Of a stretch of 31,574 nucleotides of DNA, positions 8,524 through 17,915 are shown piece by piece (within the stretch, counting starts at the first letter, position 1; every line of letters begins with the position of its first letter). The stretch is taken from IMG/VR virus record IMGVR_UViG_3300022178_000319, positions 1-31,574 of that record. One strand, given 5' to 3'. This DNA is from a virus. Lineage: Duplodnaviria > Caudoviricetes. The notes beneath the pieces were generated by a model. The model was not told where the DNA came from and made no database searches. It worked only from the letters and a program-made list of their open reading frames with translations. The translations under genes were made by a program, and so were the position numbers.

Positions 8524-10346
8524 TATGCACCTACCATTGCTTTGCTGAAGCCACCGCCTCTCATTCTAGCATCAGCGACAGCAGACTTGGCCGCGTTGCT
8601 TATCTGAGGAAGTAGGTTTGCTATCTCTGCACGTACGGTTTGCTGTACGCCTGTGGTCACGTTGATGTTCTGCACTACGGTAACACCGCCGCCACCTAAT
8701 TTGTTATTCGGAACGATAGAGCCGTTGCCCGAAGGAATCATTAACTCTGGTCCTTTTTCTCCTACAACGTAAGGCTGACCACCAGTTACAGGACCGCCAC
8801 GCGCTCTGAAGTTGCTGGCTTCAATACCAAGGAAATCAGCGTCTGCGCGCGCGTTGCTTATTGCTCCAGTGATTGCACCGAATGCCGCATCGACAATGTA
8901 CTTCTGTACAAGCATCTTGATAAGACTATCGACAACGCTCTTAGCCATATTGCGAATCGCATCGCTGAATTTTTTAGCGCCTGTGATCGCTGACGTGAAT
9001 GAGTCACCTAGTCCTGTGATTGCCTGATCGCCTAGCTTCTCAAGCTCTGGCGTTAGATCACCCGCCATCTCCCTAGTGTTTTGCAAGTTCGCCATAAAGG
9101 TTTCAAACGCGCTTGGCAGTTTTTCGTTTACATCATCGCCTAAATTATCGATGCCTTCTGTAGTGGTTCCAATCGCTTCCCCTACTTTGAGCAGGCTTGC
9201 AATAATTGCCGAAAAATCAAACTTAGTGAACCCTGTGAAAGTCCGATCTGATTCTTCTCCTAGCTCTTCAATTGCGGCGATTTGTGCTTTTATGCTATCC
9301 CTCAACCGCTCTTGATTTTGAACAATTGCGTCGTTAGTGTCGCTGAATGGCCCTGCGTTTTTGGCATAATCAGCCAACCGCTTTTCTACTGCGGCCAAAT
9401 CCTCTTCTAATCCTTGTAGGCTTTTTGTTTCAATAGAGGAAAACGCGTCGTTTATTTGACGCCTAAAATTAACGACAAAATTGCCCATGCTTACAAAAGC
9501 ATTTAGTACATCTTGTATGCCTTTTATCGCGTCAGCTAGTCCTTGTACAAAGTTTCCGGCTAACTCTTCGCCAAACTCTTTCACGCTACCGTTAGCATCA
9601 GCAATACCAGCCTGAACTTTGGTCGTTAGCAAGTCAGATAGCGCGGCAAGTGCTGGGGCCAAACCTGCAACGGCTTGCTTAACTATTCCACCAAACAAAG
9701 ATTGCATACGGAACAGTGAGTCGTTTGCGTCTTCAACACCTTTGGCGGCGCTAGATGACATCACAACACCAAGCGCCCGAGCCTCGCCTAACAGCTCAGT
9801 CAGGCCATCCCGTCCTAATGCGAGGGTGTTTACGAGTGCGGCACCTTCAGAGTCAAATAGCTTAAACGCTATTTTAAGCGGGTTTACGCCCCTGTTTTTA
9901 GCATCCTCAAAAGCGTCTGCCAAGGTAAGCATTTGTTGATCTAGGGGCAGTCGAGTAAGTTTTCGAGCATCGACACGAAGCTCACGCAATGCGCCTTTCG
10001 CCTCACCTGTTCCGACTGCGGCTTCTGCCGTTCTACGGGTAAACCGCTGGAGCGCCATGTTCATCGTGTTGACTTCGACGCCTGTTAGTTGCCCTGCGTA
10101 CTGCAAGGCACTAAGCGATTCGGTTGTCGTGCCTATCTTACTCGCTGTTTTAGCTAGGGCATCTGTGGCCTTGAGTGAGTTAGCAATCAACAAGCCCATA
10201 CCGCCTGCACCGACTGCGGAAACTAAGGCGGTTTTAAAGTTAAAGAAGATTTTAGATAGGCCAGCGAACGCGCGCTTGATTCCGCGCAAGGCTTTCTGCG
10301 TTTGGTCAAACGCCTTGATGATGATGCTTACGGATTCAGTCGCCAT
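8523..10346 (-). CDS. Tail tape measure protein
   Basis: 607 aa, Ala/Gly-rich and helical; C-terminal RARGGPVTGGQPYVVGEKGPEL motif; follows the chaperone genes. Confidence 0.9.
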   Translation of the reverse strand: MATESVSIIIKAFDQTQKALRGIKRAFAGLSKIFFNFKTALVSAVGAGGMGLLIANSLKATDALAKTASKIGTTTESLSALQYAGQLTGVEVNTMNMALQRFTRRTAEAAVGTGEAKGALRELRVDARKLTRLPLDQQMLTLADAFEDAKNRGVNPLKIAFKLFDSEGAALVNTLALGRDGLTELLGEARALGVVMSSSAAKGVEDANDSLFRMQSLFGGIVKQAVAGLAPALAALSDLLTTKVQAGIADANGSVKEFGEELAGNFVQGLADAIKGIQDVLNAFVSMGNFVVNFRRQINDAFSSIETKSLQGLEEDLAAVEKRLADYAKNAGPFSDTNDAIVQNQERLRDSIKAQIAAIEELGEESDRTFTGFTKFDFSAIIASLLKVGEAIGTTTEGIDNLGDDVNEKLPSAFETFMANLQNTREMAGDLTPELEKLGDQAITGLGDSFTSAITGAKKFSDAIRNMAKSVVDSLIKMLVQKYIVDAAFGAITGAISNARADADFLGIEASNFRARGGPVTGGQPYVVGEKGPELMIPSGNGSIVPNNKLGGGGVTVVQNINVTTGVQQTVRAEIANLLPQISNAAKSAVADARMRGGGFSKAMVGA

Positions 10347-10491
10347 CTTTAGACTCGCTTGTTATCTTGAAGTAAGCAAGCCACTCTTGAAACTCATTGA
10401 CTGTAATCTGCTCGACTTCTTCGATAGTCTTATGTAACCGATCAGCCAAGGCGATGAGATTCATCCGAGACTGATCGGCCTTCAGTTTTTT
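10336..10491 (-). CDS. Tail assembly chaperone, -1 frameshift extension (gpT-like)
   Basis: Slippery A AAA AAC at 10491-10485. The -1 frame is open: KLKADQSRMNLIALADRLHKTIEEVEQITVNEFQEWLAYFKITSESKDGD*. Confidence 0.8.
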   Translation of the reverse strand, partial: KKLKADQSRMNLIALADRLHKTIEEVEQITVNEFQEWLAYFKITSESKDGD

Positions 10492-10829
10492 TCGACGTCC
10501 TCAAATGGGTCGATAGTGCTAAACATCTCGTTAGCAATACCAGACACCACCGTCGTCTCTTCACCCATCAAGTCGATCTTGTCTTCAGCAGAGGTAAACA
10601 GCTTGTCGCCATCCTTACTCTCAGCCTTCATTACAATCAGATCAACCATCGCCGCAATGCTAGGGTTCTGCATTACTTGCGGGTGACGCTTCTGTAGCTC
10701 GTTTAGGTCATAACAGGTCAGTGGGCGACAATACAGGACAAACGCCCCGTCATCATCAGCCCACTCAACGACCTCGATCTTACGGCGTGACTGCTTTCGT
10801 CGCGCTCGTAACTCTTTGGCCAGACCCAT
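10482..10829 (-). CDS. Tail assembly chaperone (gpG-like)
   Basis: Lies between the tail tube and tape measure genes; ends GAA AAA AAC TGA. Confidence 0.8.
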   Translation of the reverse strand: MGLAKELRARRKQSRRKIEVVEWADDDGAFVLYCRPLTCYDLNELQKRHPQVMQNPSIAAMVDLIVMKAESKDGDKLFTSAEDKIDLMGEETTVVSGIANEMFSTIDPFEDVEKN

Positions 10830-11230
10830 TAGTTAGACGCTTCTGTAATTGCGCCTGATACCTGTACAGAGAATGACGCCTCGACCAGCCCATCGTAAGA
10901 CGCAGAGATAGTCTTAGCCGTCACGATGCCAGCACCGCCGTAATACTTCTCGCCCGTGCCTGTTCCTGTTGGGTGGATTTCCCAATCAATTGCGGCACCA
11001 GAATCCAGCACTAACTGCTGTGCGTCTGCGTCATCCCAAAGTGCGTCGATAGTGAGAGTCGCATCCTTGAGGCTGGACAAATAAGACTTAACAGAGTCAC
11101 CCATTACGGTGTCCTCAATAGTGTCAGCCACTTCGTCGATGCTGTACGAGCGTACCTCGCCTACAACCGCTTCTGTTCCACCTGATACTGCAACCTTAAC
11201 TGACCCAGTTGAGCCTTTATGTGTAGCCAT
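10829..11230 (-). CDS. Major tail (tube) protein
   Basis: 133 aa, beta-rich; VGEVRSYSI, DTIEDTVMGD, DGLVEASFSVQVSG; GGGAG SD. Confidence 0.85.
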   Translation of the reverse strand: MATHKGSTGSVKVAVSGGTEAVVGEVRSYSIDEVADTIEDTVMGDSVKSYLSSLKDATLTIDALWDDADAQQLVLDSGAAIDWEIHPTGTGTGEKYYGGAGIVTAKTISASYDGLVEASFSVQVSGAITEASN

Positions 11231-11242
11231 TTGTTTTCTCCC

Positions 11243-11674
11243 TTACGCGTCACCGCGTGTATATGTGTAAAGAATCTGAACGGTGACAATGACGCCGCCT
11301 ATAGGGTCTATTGTACCATCATCCACCTCAACGCTAATAACCTGCGTATCAATAGCGTAACCGCCACGCGTCCTATCCTCGTCGAGCTTTTCGTCGATAG
11401 CCTCTACAATCTGATTGCGGGCTGTGTCGATGTTCGTGTGCTTAACAAAGCAAATCAATTCGTAGTCGATGGTCGCCTGTCTGCTAGACATACTGCCGCC
11501 GATGCTGGCGTCTTCACGATTCTCGTTTGCCGTGCGTACTAGTATCGCGGGATATTGAGCGTTAGACAGCTTGTCGAAATCAAAAGGCTCACGCGTCACT
11601 TTTTTGACGGTAGGGCTAGAGATGGCTTGCAGTTGCGAGACGAGATTAGTTGCGATGTTTTCTCTAACGCTCAT
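11243..11674 (-). CDS. Tail terminator / tail completion protein
   Basis: Synteny upstream of the tube gene; MSVRENI...YPAILV pattern. Confidence 0.7.
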   Translation of the reverse strand: MSVRENIATNLVSQLQAISSPTVKKVTREPFDFDKLSNAQYPAILVRTANENREDASIGGSMSSRQATIDYELICFVKHTNIDTARNQIVEAIDEKLDEDRTRGGYAIDTQVISVEVDDGTIDPIGGVIVTVQILYTYTRGDA

Positions 11675-12102
11675 ATCTTCAGCCCCTTAAAGTACACATC
11701 ACGGATGGCGCGCTTGTCGCTACGGTTTAAGCCGAAGAACTCGCGACGCTTATTGTTCATTGCCGCCTTCTTGGACTCTGCTCTGCTGTTGAAGAAGATA
11801 AATCCGTCCTGGCCTTTTAGACCTGACTGCATCGACTTGCGCATTCTGCCCGTGAATATCAGCTTAACCTTGTCTGTCTCTCTGCCTTTACTCTTACGAA
11901 ACCCCTTGTAGGCTTCTGAGTAAGGGCGAAACGGTTGCTCATGCACATCAAGGCCGAGGCTAGTGCGCTTCTGTATGCGGTTTAAGCCTTCTGCCGCCGC
12001 TCTGCGCATCGCTCGCTTGTGGTTCTTAGTAAACGTGCGGCCTAGCTTATCGACCATCTTGCGAAGGTCACGAGGCTTTGTGTCGATGCTGATTGTAATC
12101 AT
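11671..12102 (-). CDS. Virion morphogenesis / neck protein (basic)
   Basis: F.PYSEAY, LIFTGRM..S and REFFGL motifs typical of tail-completion proteins. Confidence 0.7.
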   Translation of the reverse strand: MITISIDTKPRDLRKMVDKLGRTFTKNHKRAMRRAAAEGLNRIQKRTSLGLDVHEQPFRPYSEAYKGFRKSKGRETDKVKLIFTGRMRKSMQSGLKGQDGFIFFNSRAESKKAAMNNKRREFFGLNRSDKRAIRDVYFKGLKI

Positions 12103-12512
12103 CGGTTTAACCGGTTGATCGGGACAATCTCTTTCTCTTTGTCCGTAACCTGACCGTCGTTGTCAGCGTCGTACTCAACGCCGTCTTGAAACACTGCGTC
12201 TATCTCTTCGCCATAACGCGCTTTATAGAAGTCGATCATTTGCAGAAAGCGGTCATCGTCCACCCAGTTGGTAAGCTGTGGCAGTGCATACTTCCATAAT
12301 ACGAGGTAAGAAGCTGAACGAGTCCACTGCGAGTCCGTCAGGTAGCTATTATTCATCTCACCGGCAATGCCCTTACGGTGCCACCACTGATTGCGAATCT
12401 CTCGCTCTATGTCTGCCTGCGCTCGTGGATGCTCATCCGAAAAGCTAGTAATGCCAAAATCCAGAATGTCTGGAACTAACTCTACAAGATTGCTGTCGTC
12501 ACTAAATGCCAT
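12099..12512 (-). CDS. Head-tail adaptor protein
   Basis: Synteny after the capsid gene; helical with an acidic C-terminus (YDADNDGQV). Confidence 0.6.
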   Translation of the reverse strand: MAFSDDSNLVELVPDILDFGITSFSDEHPRAQADIEREIRNQWWHRKGIAGEMNNSYLTDSQWTRSASYLVLWKYALPQLTNWVDDDRFLQMIDFYKARYGEEIDAVFQDGVEYDADNDGQVTDKEKEIVPINRLNR

Positions 12513-12516
12513 GTCG

Positions 12517-12795
12517 TCACCACTTCACTTTCGCGGCCCAATAGATTTTATCTAAGGGCGTTGCGTTTTTTAGGGTATCACCGTGTCGTGCATACCAAGC
12601 GGCTCGCATGGCCTTGTCGCGGGCTGACTCACCATCTTTAGGTGGATAAGTCTTCGCGCCTTGAGCGCCAAACCGTAGTAGCTTGATAACACCTTTGTAG
12701 CGAGCCAGAACCGCGTGTGAGCTAGAGGCGTGTCGTGGCGTACGCTTTGCCACGTTGTAATCCTCGAACCGTTCACCGCGATAATTGACTGCCAT
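12517..12795 (-). CDS. Small basic phage protein of unknown function
   Basis: GAGGA SD; motifs KLLRFGAQG, AWYARH, YWAAKVKW. Confidence 0.75.
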   Translation of the reverse strand: MAVNYRGERFEDYNVAKRTPRHASSSHAVLARYKGVIKLLRFGAQGAKTYPPKDGESARDKAMRAAWYARHGDTLKNATPLDKIYWAAKVKW

Positions 12796-12809
12796 ATAAT
12801 CCTCAGAGT

Positions 12810-12830
12810 AAAACGCCCCCGAAGGGGCGT
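12810..12830 (-). terminator. Rho-independent terminator after the major capsid gene
   Basis: ACGCCCC-TTCG-GGGGCGT followed by TTT (cUUCGg tetraloop). Confidence 0.8.
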
Positions 12831-12837
12831 GTACATC

Positions 12838-13671
12838 TTAGAGTGCCGCGTCGAAGAACATCTCTACACCGTAGCTGTCATCAAGCTCTGCAACACCGTA
12901 GACGGCTGTCGCGTTAAGCTCAAAGGCACGGAGAGAGGCGTTGCGCTCTGTCTCAAGGTTGAAGTCACGCTTCATGGCAATCGCCATTGCTTCACGACCA
13001 AACACACAGCCCTTCGCATCATCGTTTCCGTCAACTGTGATGTTAGCTGACTGATAGACGTCAATGCCTGCGATAGAACCTACGAAACCGTTGCGCATTG
13101 CTTCGTTCTGAAGGTCGCCACCGTTGGGGTTAGCAAACGTGTTAGTCAGGTTAGCTGACAACTGATAGGCGTGGAATGGGTGAATCACAGCAGTGATCGG
13201 TCCAGTTACCTTCGCCGCTCGGAGAGTGGCCGCCGCTTTGAACAAGTCAGCCGCAGTAATCTCTTGAGCCGCCGCGCCGATAGAAGCCGAGAAGCCATCG
13301 AACAAAGCGATGATGTCTTGGTCCATCTTAGTAGCGATAGAGTTACCCAATACAGTGCCAAGCTCTTGAGCAGGGTTGCCCGCGCCCATTGCCGCAAGGT
13401 CAGTTAGTACAACCTGCGCGCCAACTTCACCGACAGTAACGGTGACGCTAGAAGTTGATACTGTGCTTGAAGACATATCAGTGCCTTCAGTCAGATCAGC
13501 CGCCGCAACCGCTGGGTACTTAGGTACTTGGATCGTTTTACCAGCAACATTGCCGATGTCATAACGAGTGATAAGGCCAGCCATGAGCGATTGCTCTTCG
13601 GCAGTGAAACGAGCCTGCATGATGATGTTTGCAAACAGGTCGTCAAGAGTAGTTGAAGTAGTAGCCGCCAT
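12838..13671 (-). CDS. Major capsid protein
   Basis: 277 aa after the scaffold gene; GKTIQVPKY, AVIHP and GFVGSIAGIDVYQS HK97-fold-type motifs; AGGAG SD; followed by a terminator. Confidence 0.9.
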   Translation of the reverse strand: MAATTSTTLDDLFANIIMQARFTAEEQSLMAGLITRYDIGNVAGKTIQVPKYPAVAAADLTEGTDMSSSTVSTSSVTVTVGEVGAQVVLTDLAAMGAGNPAQELGTVLGNSIATKMDQDIIALFDGFSASIGAAAQEITAADLFKAAATLRAAKVTGPITAVIHPFHAYQLSANLTNTFANPNGGDLQNEAMRNGFVGSIAGIDVYQSANITVDGNDDAKGCVFGREAMAIAMKRDFNLETERNASLRAFELNATAVYGVAELDDSYGVEMFFDAAL

Positions 13672-13697
13672 GATGAAAATCTCCTGTGATTAGCGGT

Positions 13698-14366
13698 TTA
13701 TTTATTAGCTAACATCATTGCGCGGTAGGCTTCTTTGCCACCGCTATTCCAGTTAGCTTCCATTTCGACCGCCGACATAGGTTTCGACGTGGAACCACCA
13801 ACCGCTGTCTGCGATCCTGCGCCACCTGATGACGCTTTCACGAAGTGCGGGTTCGAGGTCAGGAAGTCACTGACTAACTGGTCAACGGACAATAGCTCGC
13901 CTTGGTCGTTATAGCGTGGCGTTCCGTTCGCATCGTAAACTTCTGCGGTGCCGTCTTCAGACAGCCGAACCGAACCACGTAACAACTGACTGACTTGCTC
14001 TGCCGATACTGCATTGTTTCGGCTTGCCGCTGACAGTAATGCTCCGTCTACCAATTGGCTTTCGAGGCGTTGCTTGTAAGTCGATATTTCCTGATCCTTC
14101 TTTTCGACGGTCTGCCTTAGAATCGACTCGAACTCTCCGCGCTCTTTCTGCTTCTCAATTTCAGCTTCTTGCTGACGTTGTAGAAGTGACTTAGCTTCAT
14201 CGAGGTCGATACCATCTAGCTTCTTATCGTACTGTCGCTTAGTGCGAGCAACACGGTCGGCCACTATCCGGTCCAACTCTTCTTGCGTGAACGTCTTTAC
14301 ATCCTGAACTTCTGGTGTTTCCACTGCGGCTTCAGTTACCGCGTCTGCCATGATTTCATCGCTCAT
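13698..14366 (-). CDS. Capsid scaffolding protein (DUF4355-like)
   Basis: KTFTQEELDRIVADRV motif, coiled coil, NPHF..ASSGGAGS; directly upstream of the capsid gene. Confidence 0.85.
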   Translation of the reverse strand: MSDEIMADAVTEAAVETPEVQDVKTFTQEELDRIVADRVARTKRQYDKKLDGIDLDEAKSLLQRQQEAEIEKQKERGEFESILRQTVEKKDQEISTYKQRLESQLVDGALLSAASRNNAVSAEQVSQLLRGSVRLSEDGTAEVYDANGTPRYNDQGELLSVDQLVSDFLTSNPHFVKASSGGAGSQTAVGGSTSKPMSAVEMEANWNSGGKEAYRAMMLANK

Positions 14367-14394
14367 GTTACGAATCCTCTTTCGAGTGGGTTAA

Positions 14395-14403
14395 ATTATA
14401 TCA
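14395..14403 (-). promoter_or_regulatory. Extended -10 promoter candidate (TGATATAAT) for scaffold and capsid genes
   Basis: Perfect TGnTATAAT about 30 nt upstream of the scaffold ATG. Confidence 0.6.
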
Positions 14404-14451
14404 CTTACCGCGTTTCTTTTTCTTCTTCTTGTCTTTCTTGTGGTATGGCAT
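14401..14451 (-). CDS. 16-aa Lys-rich microprotein MPYHKKDKKKKKKRGK
   Basis: AGGAG SD 7 nt before the ATG; fills the gap between the minor head and scaffold genes. Confidence 0.6.
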   Translation of the reverse strand: MPYHKKDKKKKKKRGK

Positions 14452-14461
14452 CGTGTAGCTC

Positions 14462-15202
14462 CTATTCTGGTACTGGCACCCACCAGTGCCTACAGTTGTA
14501 TCCACCTCTTACACGGAACGGATCGCCTGACTTCTTACCGGCCCAGATTTCGCCCCATATCTCGTATATCTCGTCGGTCGTGTATTCCTTGCCGACATGA
14601 CCACGACAGAATGGACGTGTGCTTTCTATTGTATCGCCTTCGTACCTAAACTTGGTAATACCCGCCTCTGCCGCCGCCGCTTGCTGTAGGCTAGAGCTAA
14701 ACTCGAACAGCGCATCATGTAGCATCGTCTTAGAGTATCGTTGCAGGTCAGCGTCGAGCAACCCGTTAAGCTCACTCAAGCTGGCTGAAAAGGGCGTACC
14801 CGACAGGGTGTTGTTGTACACCTGCTGATATAACGCCTCGACAAACTCATCTGCCAACTGCTCATGGCCGGTAAAGCTAAACTGCTGTAACTGCCCGATA
14901 ACACTCTGCGGCACTCTGAACGCCGCGAACTGCTCCATGAACTCCCCAGTCAACGCTACCGCATCAGGGTACTCACGGATGATGTCATCAATGACAGTCA
15001 GGTATTCGTCACGGACAAGCCCGTCGATCTGTGTCCGAAGTGCTAAGGCCGCATCAAGGTCAAACAGCTGACCGTCGCTTAATGGTAGGCCCGCCATTAA
15101 GTCAGTAAGCCCAAGCCGCAACTGTTCTATAGCACGTAAAAGGCGACGCTCATGGTTAGAGGTCGCCCCTGCTAGTGCTTTGGTTAGCTCTTCACTGTCC
15201 AT
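14462..15202 (-). CDS. Minor head / head morphogenesis protein
   Basis: Follows the portal gene; TRPFC...GGYNCRH.W.P motif. Confidence 0.85.
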   Translation of the reverse strand: MDSEELTKALAGATSNHERRLLRAIEQLRLGLTDLMAGLPLSDGQLFDLDAALALRTQIDGLVRDEYLTVIDDIIREYPDAVALTGEFMEQFAAFRVPQSVIGQLQQFSFTGHEQLADEFVEALYQQVYNNTLSGTPFSASLSELNGLLDADLQRYSKTMLHDALFEFSSSLQQAAAAEAGITKFRYEGDTIESTRPFCRGHVGKEYTTDEIYEIWGEIWAGKKSGDPFRVRGGYNCRHWWVPVPE

Positions 15203-16700
15203 CAGTTACGGTTTGGACTCTCTCAGTCAACACGTCACCACCAGGAACATCTTCAAGGCCAATCTTCTCGCGCACCTCGTTAGGCGTCACCATGCCACTA
15301 TCAATGTGGTACTTGTAAATCTGCGTCTCTTTGGTGAAGTCGCCAACCGCTGTTGTGGCTTCTTCAATCTCAGCGTGGGCCTGTGCAAGCACTTGGTCAT
15401 CAAGAACAAGGTCTGCAATCTGCTTATCAATCTCACGCAACAAGGTTACGGACTTGACGCCACTGGCTCGCGTCTTCTGCAAGAACTCAAGCTCTGTCCC
15501 ATAATCGCGAATGTCAAAGCTGTCAGGGTAGCTGACCTCTACCTCGTGCAGATTGTGTCCCTGCCATCGGCACCACAACTCCCATAACTGCTCTTCGGCT
15601 AACTCGAGGATGTCGGCCTTCTCTGCTAGCTTGGCGTTCAACATTTGGAACTCTGTCTGCATAGCAACGCCTGACTGCGTCATTGCCTCTGTGCCGCGTA
15701 CTGCGCCCATGTGGGCCATCCTATTGATCGAGTCGATCTTGTCCTCGATAGAGGCTCTGATGGCGTCTAGGTTAGCTCCAGACGGTTGCATCTGGTATGG
15801 CTTTAATCCTGCGTCAATGTCATCGCTAATATTGATGACTGCACCGGCACCAGCAGTCGCGTCAGTGTCGAAGGTCTTAACGAGCGTCGGGTGGTTAGAG
15901 ATGCGGATGAGCTGTTCGATTTCCGATAGCTCTTGATAGATCGCCTGTTGCATGTAGCTGATGTCAGAGATGTCGCTGATACCAATGCCGCGAACGATTG
16001 ATCGGTTAGCCGGTACGTTGACCGCCGGTATCTTGCCGATGGGGTTGTCGATAGTTTCGACGATCTGAGCTTCATCACCGAGGTAACGGATAAGCTGTAT
16101 CTGCTCTTTGGTCCAAATGCGGAAATACGTTTCAGTCGTTGTGCCGTCGATGCGGTTTACCGACTCGCGCACCTTCATGTAGGTCAACTCATGGCGACCG
16201 CTAGGCATTCGCTCATACTTCCAATCGTAAACATTCTCAGGCGTGACCAAAGTGACGTATGGCCGTATCTCCTGATCTAGCTCTTCGGCTCTAGTGCTTG
16301 CCGTCGATAGAGGCTTGTCCATCATGATCCAGACGTGACCGTACACGCTTGACCATATCTGAGCCTCACGCATAAAGCTGTTGAAGTTCTGGCCGTCGAG
16401 GTTGGCGTCCTTGATGAAGGCGATAAGGTCTGCACTGCCTTCCATCTGCTGGAAGTTGCGAGTAGGCGGCTGACGCCATAAGAACGATGAATAAACATGG
16501 ACCACGTTGCGACAGTGATTATCTAACGGGGTCAGAGCCAAGCGACGCGAGTATGCGTTTTTGTCTTCGTTGAGGTAGCTGGTCAGGTATGAACCGTCAC
16601 GGTAATCCTGACCACCCATGTATGACCGAACATAGAACTCCCAGCGGTCTAGATTGTTTTCGTAATCGGGATGCTGGTACTCAATATCTTCGTAATACAT
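15192..16700 (-). CDS. Portal protein (SPP1 gp6-like)
   Basis: 502 aa after TerL; DNHCRNVV, YGHVWIMMDKP, IGKIPAV, IGISDISDI, SGVA motifs. Confidence 0.9.
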   Translation of the reverse strand: MYYEDIEYQHPDYENNLDRWEFYVRSYMGGQDYRDGSYLTSYLNEDKNAYSRRLALTPLDNHCRNVVHVYSSFLWRQPPTRNFQQMEGSADLIAFIKDANLDGQNFNSFMREAQIWSSVYGHVWIMMDKPLSTASTRAEELDQEIRPYVTLVTPENVYDWKYERMPSGRHELTYMKVRESVNRIDGTTTETYFRIWTKEQIQLIRYLGDEAQIVETIDNPIGKIPAVNVPANRSIVRGIGISDISDISYMQQAIYQELSEIEQLIRISNHPTLVKTFDTDATAGAGAVINISDDIDAGLKPYQMQPSGANLDAIRASIEDKIDSINRMAHMGAVRGTEAMTQSGVAMQTEFQMLNAKLAEKADILELAEEQLWELWCRWQGHNLHEVEVSYPDSFDIRDYGTELEFLQKTRASGVKSVTLLREIDKQIADLVLDDQVLAQAHAEIEEATTAVGDFTKETQIYKYHIDSGMVTPNEVREKIGLEDVPGGDVLTERVQTVTDGQ

Positions 16701-17915
16701 TTACGTCCACCTCTGCGGGGCTTGCGGCTTGTTGGCCTTGCGTATGGGGAATAGATATTCAACGGCGTAGCCCAGTGCGTCATTCATGTGATCGAAGCCG
16801 TCCTTCTCTGGCTGGCTGGTGCCTTCCTTGTAGGTATGGCGTTCCAATGATTCAATCACCTTCTTGCACTTAGGGTCTACAAACAAGCGCCTATGCCCAT
16901 CCTTAGACAATAGACGCGAGTTTACGCTGTTTATCCTATCTCTTACCGCCGCGTGAGATGACCTTACTCGCACCTCAAATCCCGCGTTTTGTAGAATAGA
17001 AAGATCCGTTCTACCCCCTGCACTCGTTTTACGTTGACGCGAGGCAGGGTCAGGGTATATGACTATTGTACCATTTCCGTAGCGTGTGCGAATCTCTGCG
17101 ACCATTTCATCGGTGTTACTGCCGAACATCACAATCTCGTCGAATACGTGCAGTGTGTCGCCCTTACGGGTCATCAGGACGGCAGACATCGGATCGAGGT
17201 TGAAGTCCATCCCGACGTGGATAACAGAGCGGTCGCCGTCGTGTCTAATTACTGACTCTTCTCGCTTAAACGCGTAGTAGATAACGCCGCTGTATGAGAC
17301 AAAACGAGCCTCGTATTCCTGCTCAAATGTCCGGTCGTCGAGGTCTGCTTTGGCGCTCGTAATCTCCTCTGGCGGCACATTACCGCCCTCAATGGTCGTG
17401 TACTGGTAAGACTGCCATCCGTCATCTTTGTCTACTCCCTTGCCGTACAGATCATAAAAGTGGTTGCGTCCTTTAGGTGTGCCAATAAATAGGGCGGCTG
17501 ATCCTTGCCTGTCTGACAGCGATGGACGTATAACCTCGTACCATGCCTCTTTGCGCATATCAGCGAACTCGTCAAGAACGACAAAGTCTAGTGACCGTCC
17601 GCGAAGGTTGTCAGGCTTCTCAGCGCCTTTGAGTGCGATGGTAGAGCCATTCTTTAGCGTGATGCTCAGCGATGTCTCGTTAGTCTTGCCAACGTATTCT
17701 CTAGGTATCTGGCTGGTCAGCATATCCCATGCAATCTCTTTAGCCGCCTTGTAGGTCGGTGCCACATACCAGACGTTCTGGTCGGGCTTACTCAGTGCGC
17801 GGTTTAGTAGCTCTGCTGTGCTTAGGAATGTCTTACCGAAACGTCTACCCGCGACCACTACACGGAAGCGGGCAGGACAGGTAAAGATGTCAGACTGCGG
17901 CGGGGTCAGTTGCAT
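16701..17915 (-). CDS. terL: Terminase large subunit
   Basis: Walker A AGRRFGKT, Walker B VVLDE, coupling motif IGTP, nuclease acidic residues (GMDFN, DHMNDALGY). Confidence 0.97.
   Translation of the reverse strand: MQLTPPQSDIFTCPARFRVVVAGRRFGKTFLSTAELLNRALSKPDQNVWYVAPTYKAAKEIAWDMLTSQIPREYVGKTNETSLSITLKNGSTIALKGAEKPDNLRGRSLDFVVLDEFADMRKEAWYEVIRPSLSDRQGSAALFIGTPKGRNHFYDLYGKGVDKDDGWQSYQYTTIEGGNVPPEEITSAKADLDDRTFEQEYEARFVSYSGVIYYAFKREESVIRHDGDRSVIHVGMDFNLDPMSAVLMTRKGDTLHVFDEIVMFGSNTDEMVAEIRTRYGNGTIVIYPDPASRQRKTSAGGRTDLSILQNAGFEVRVRSSHAAVRDRINSVNSRLLSKDGHRRLFVDPKCKKVIESLERHTYKEGTSQPEKDGFDHMNDALGYAVEYLFPIRKANKPQAPQRWT

Noticed and set aside
12570-12836. Alternative-frame 88-aa ORF over the basic 92-aa gene
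   Set aside because: It starts within the terminator region with no SD; the other frame has the SD and the recognisable motifs.
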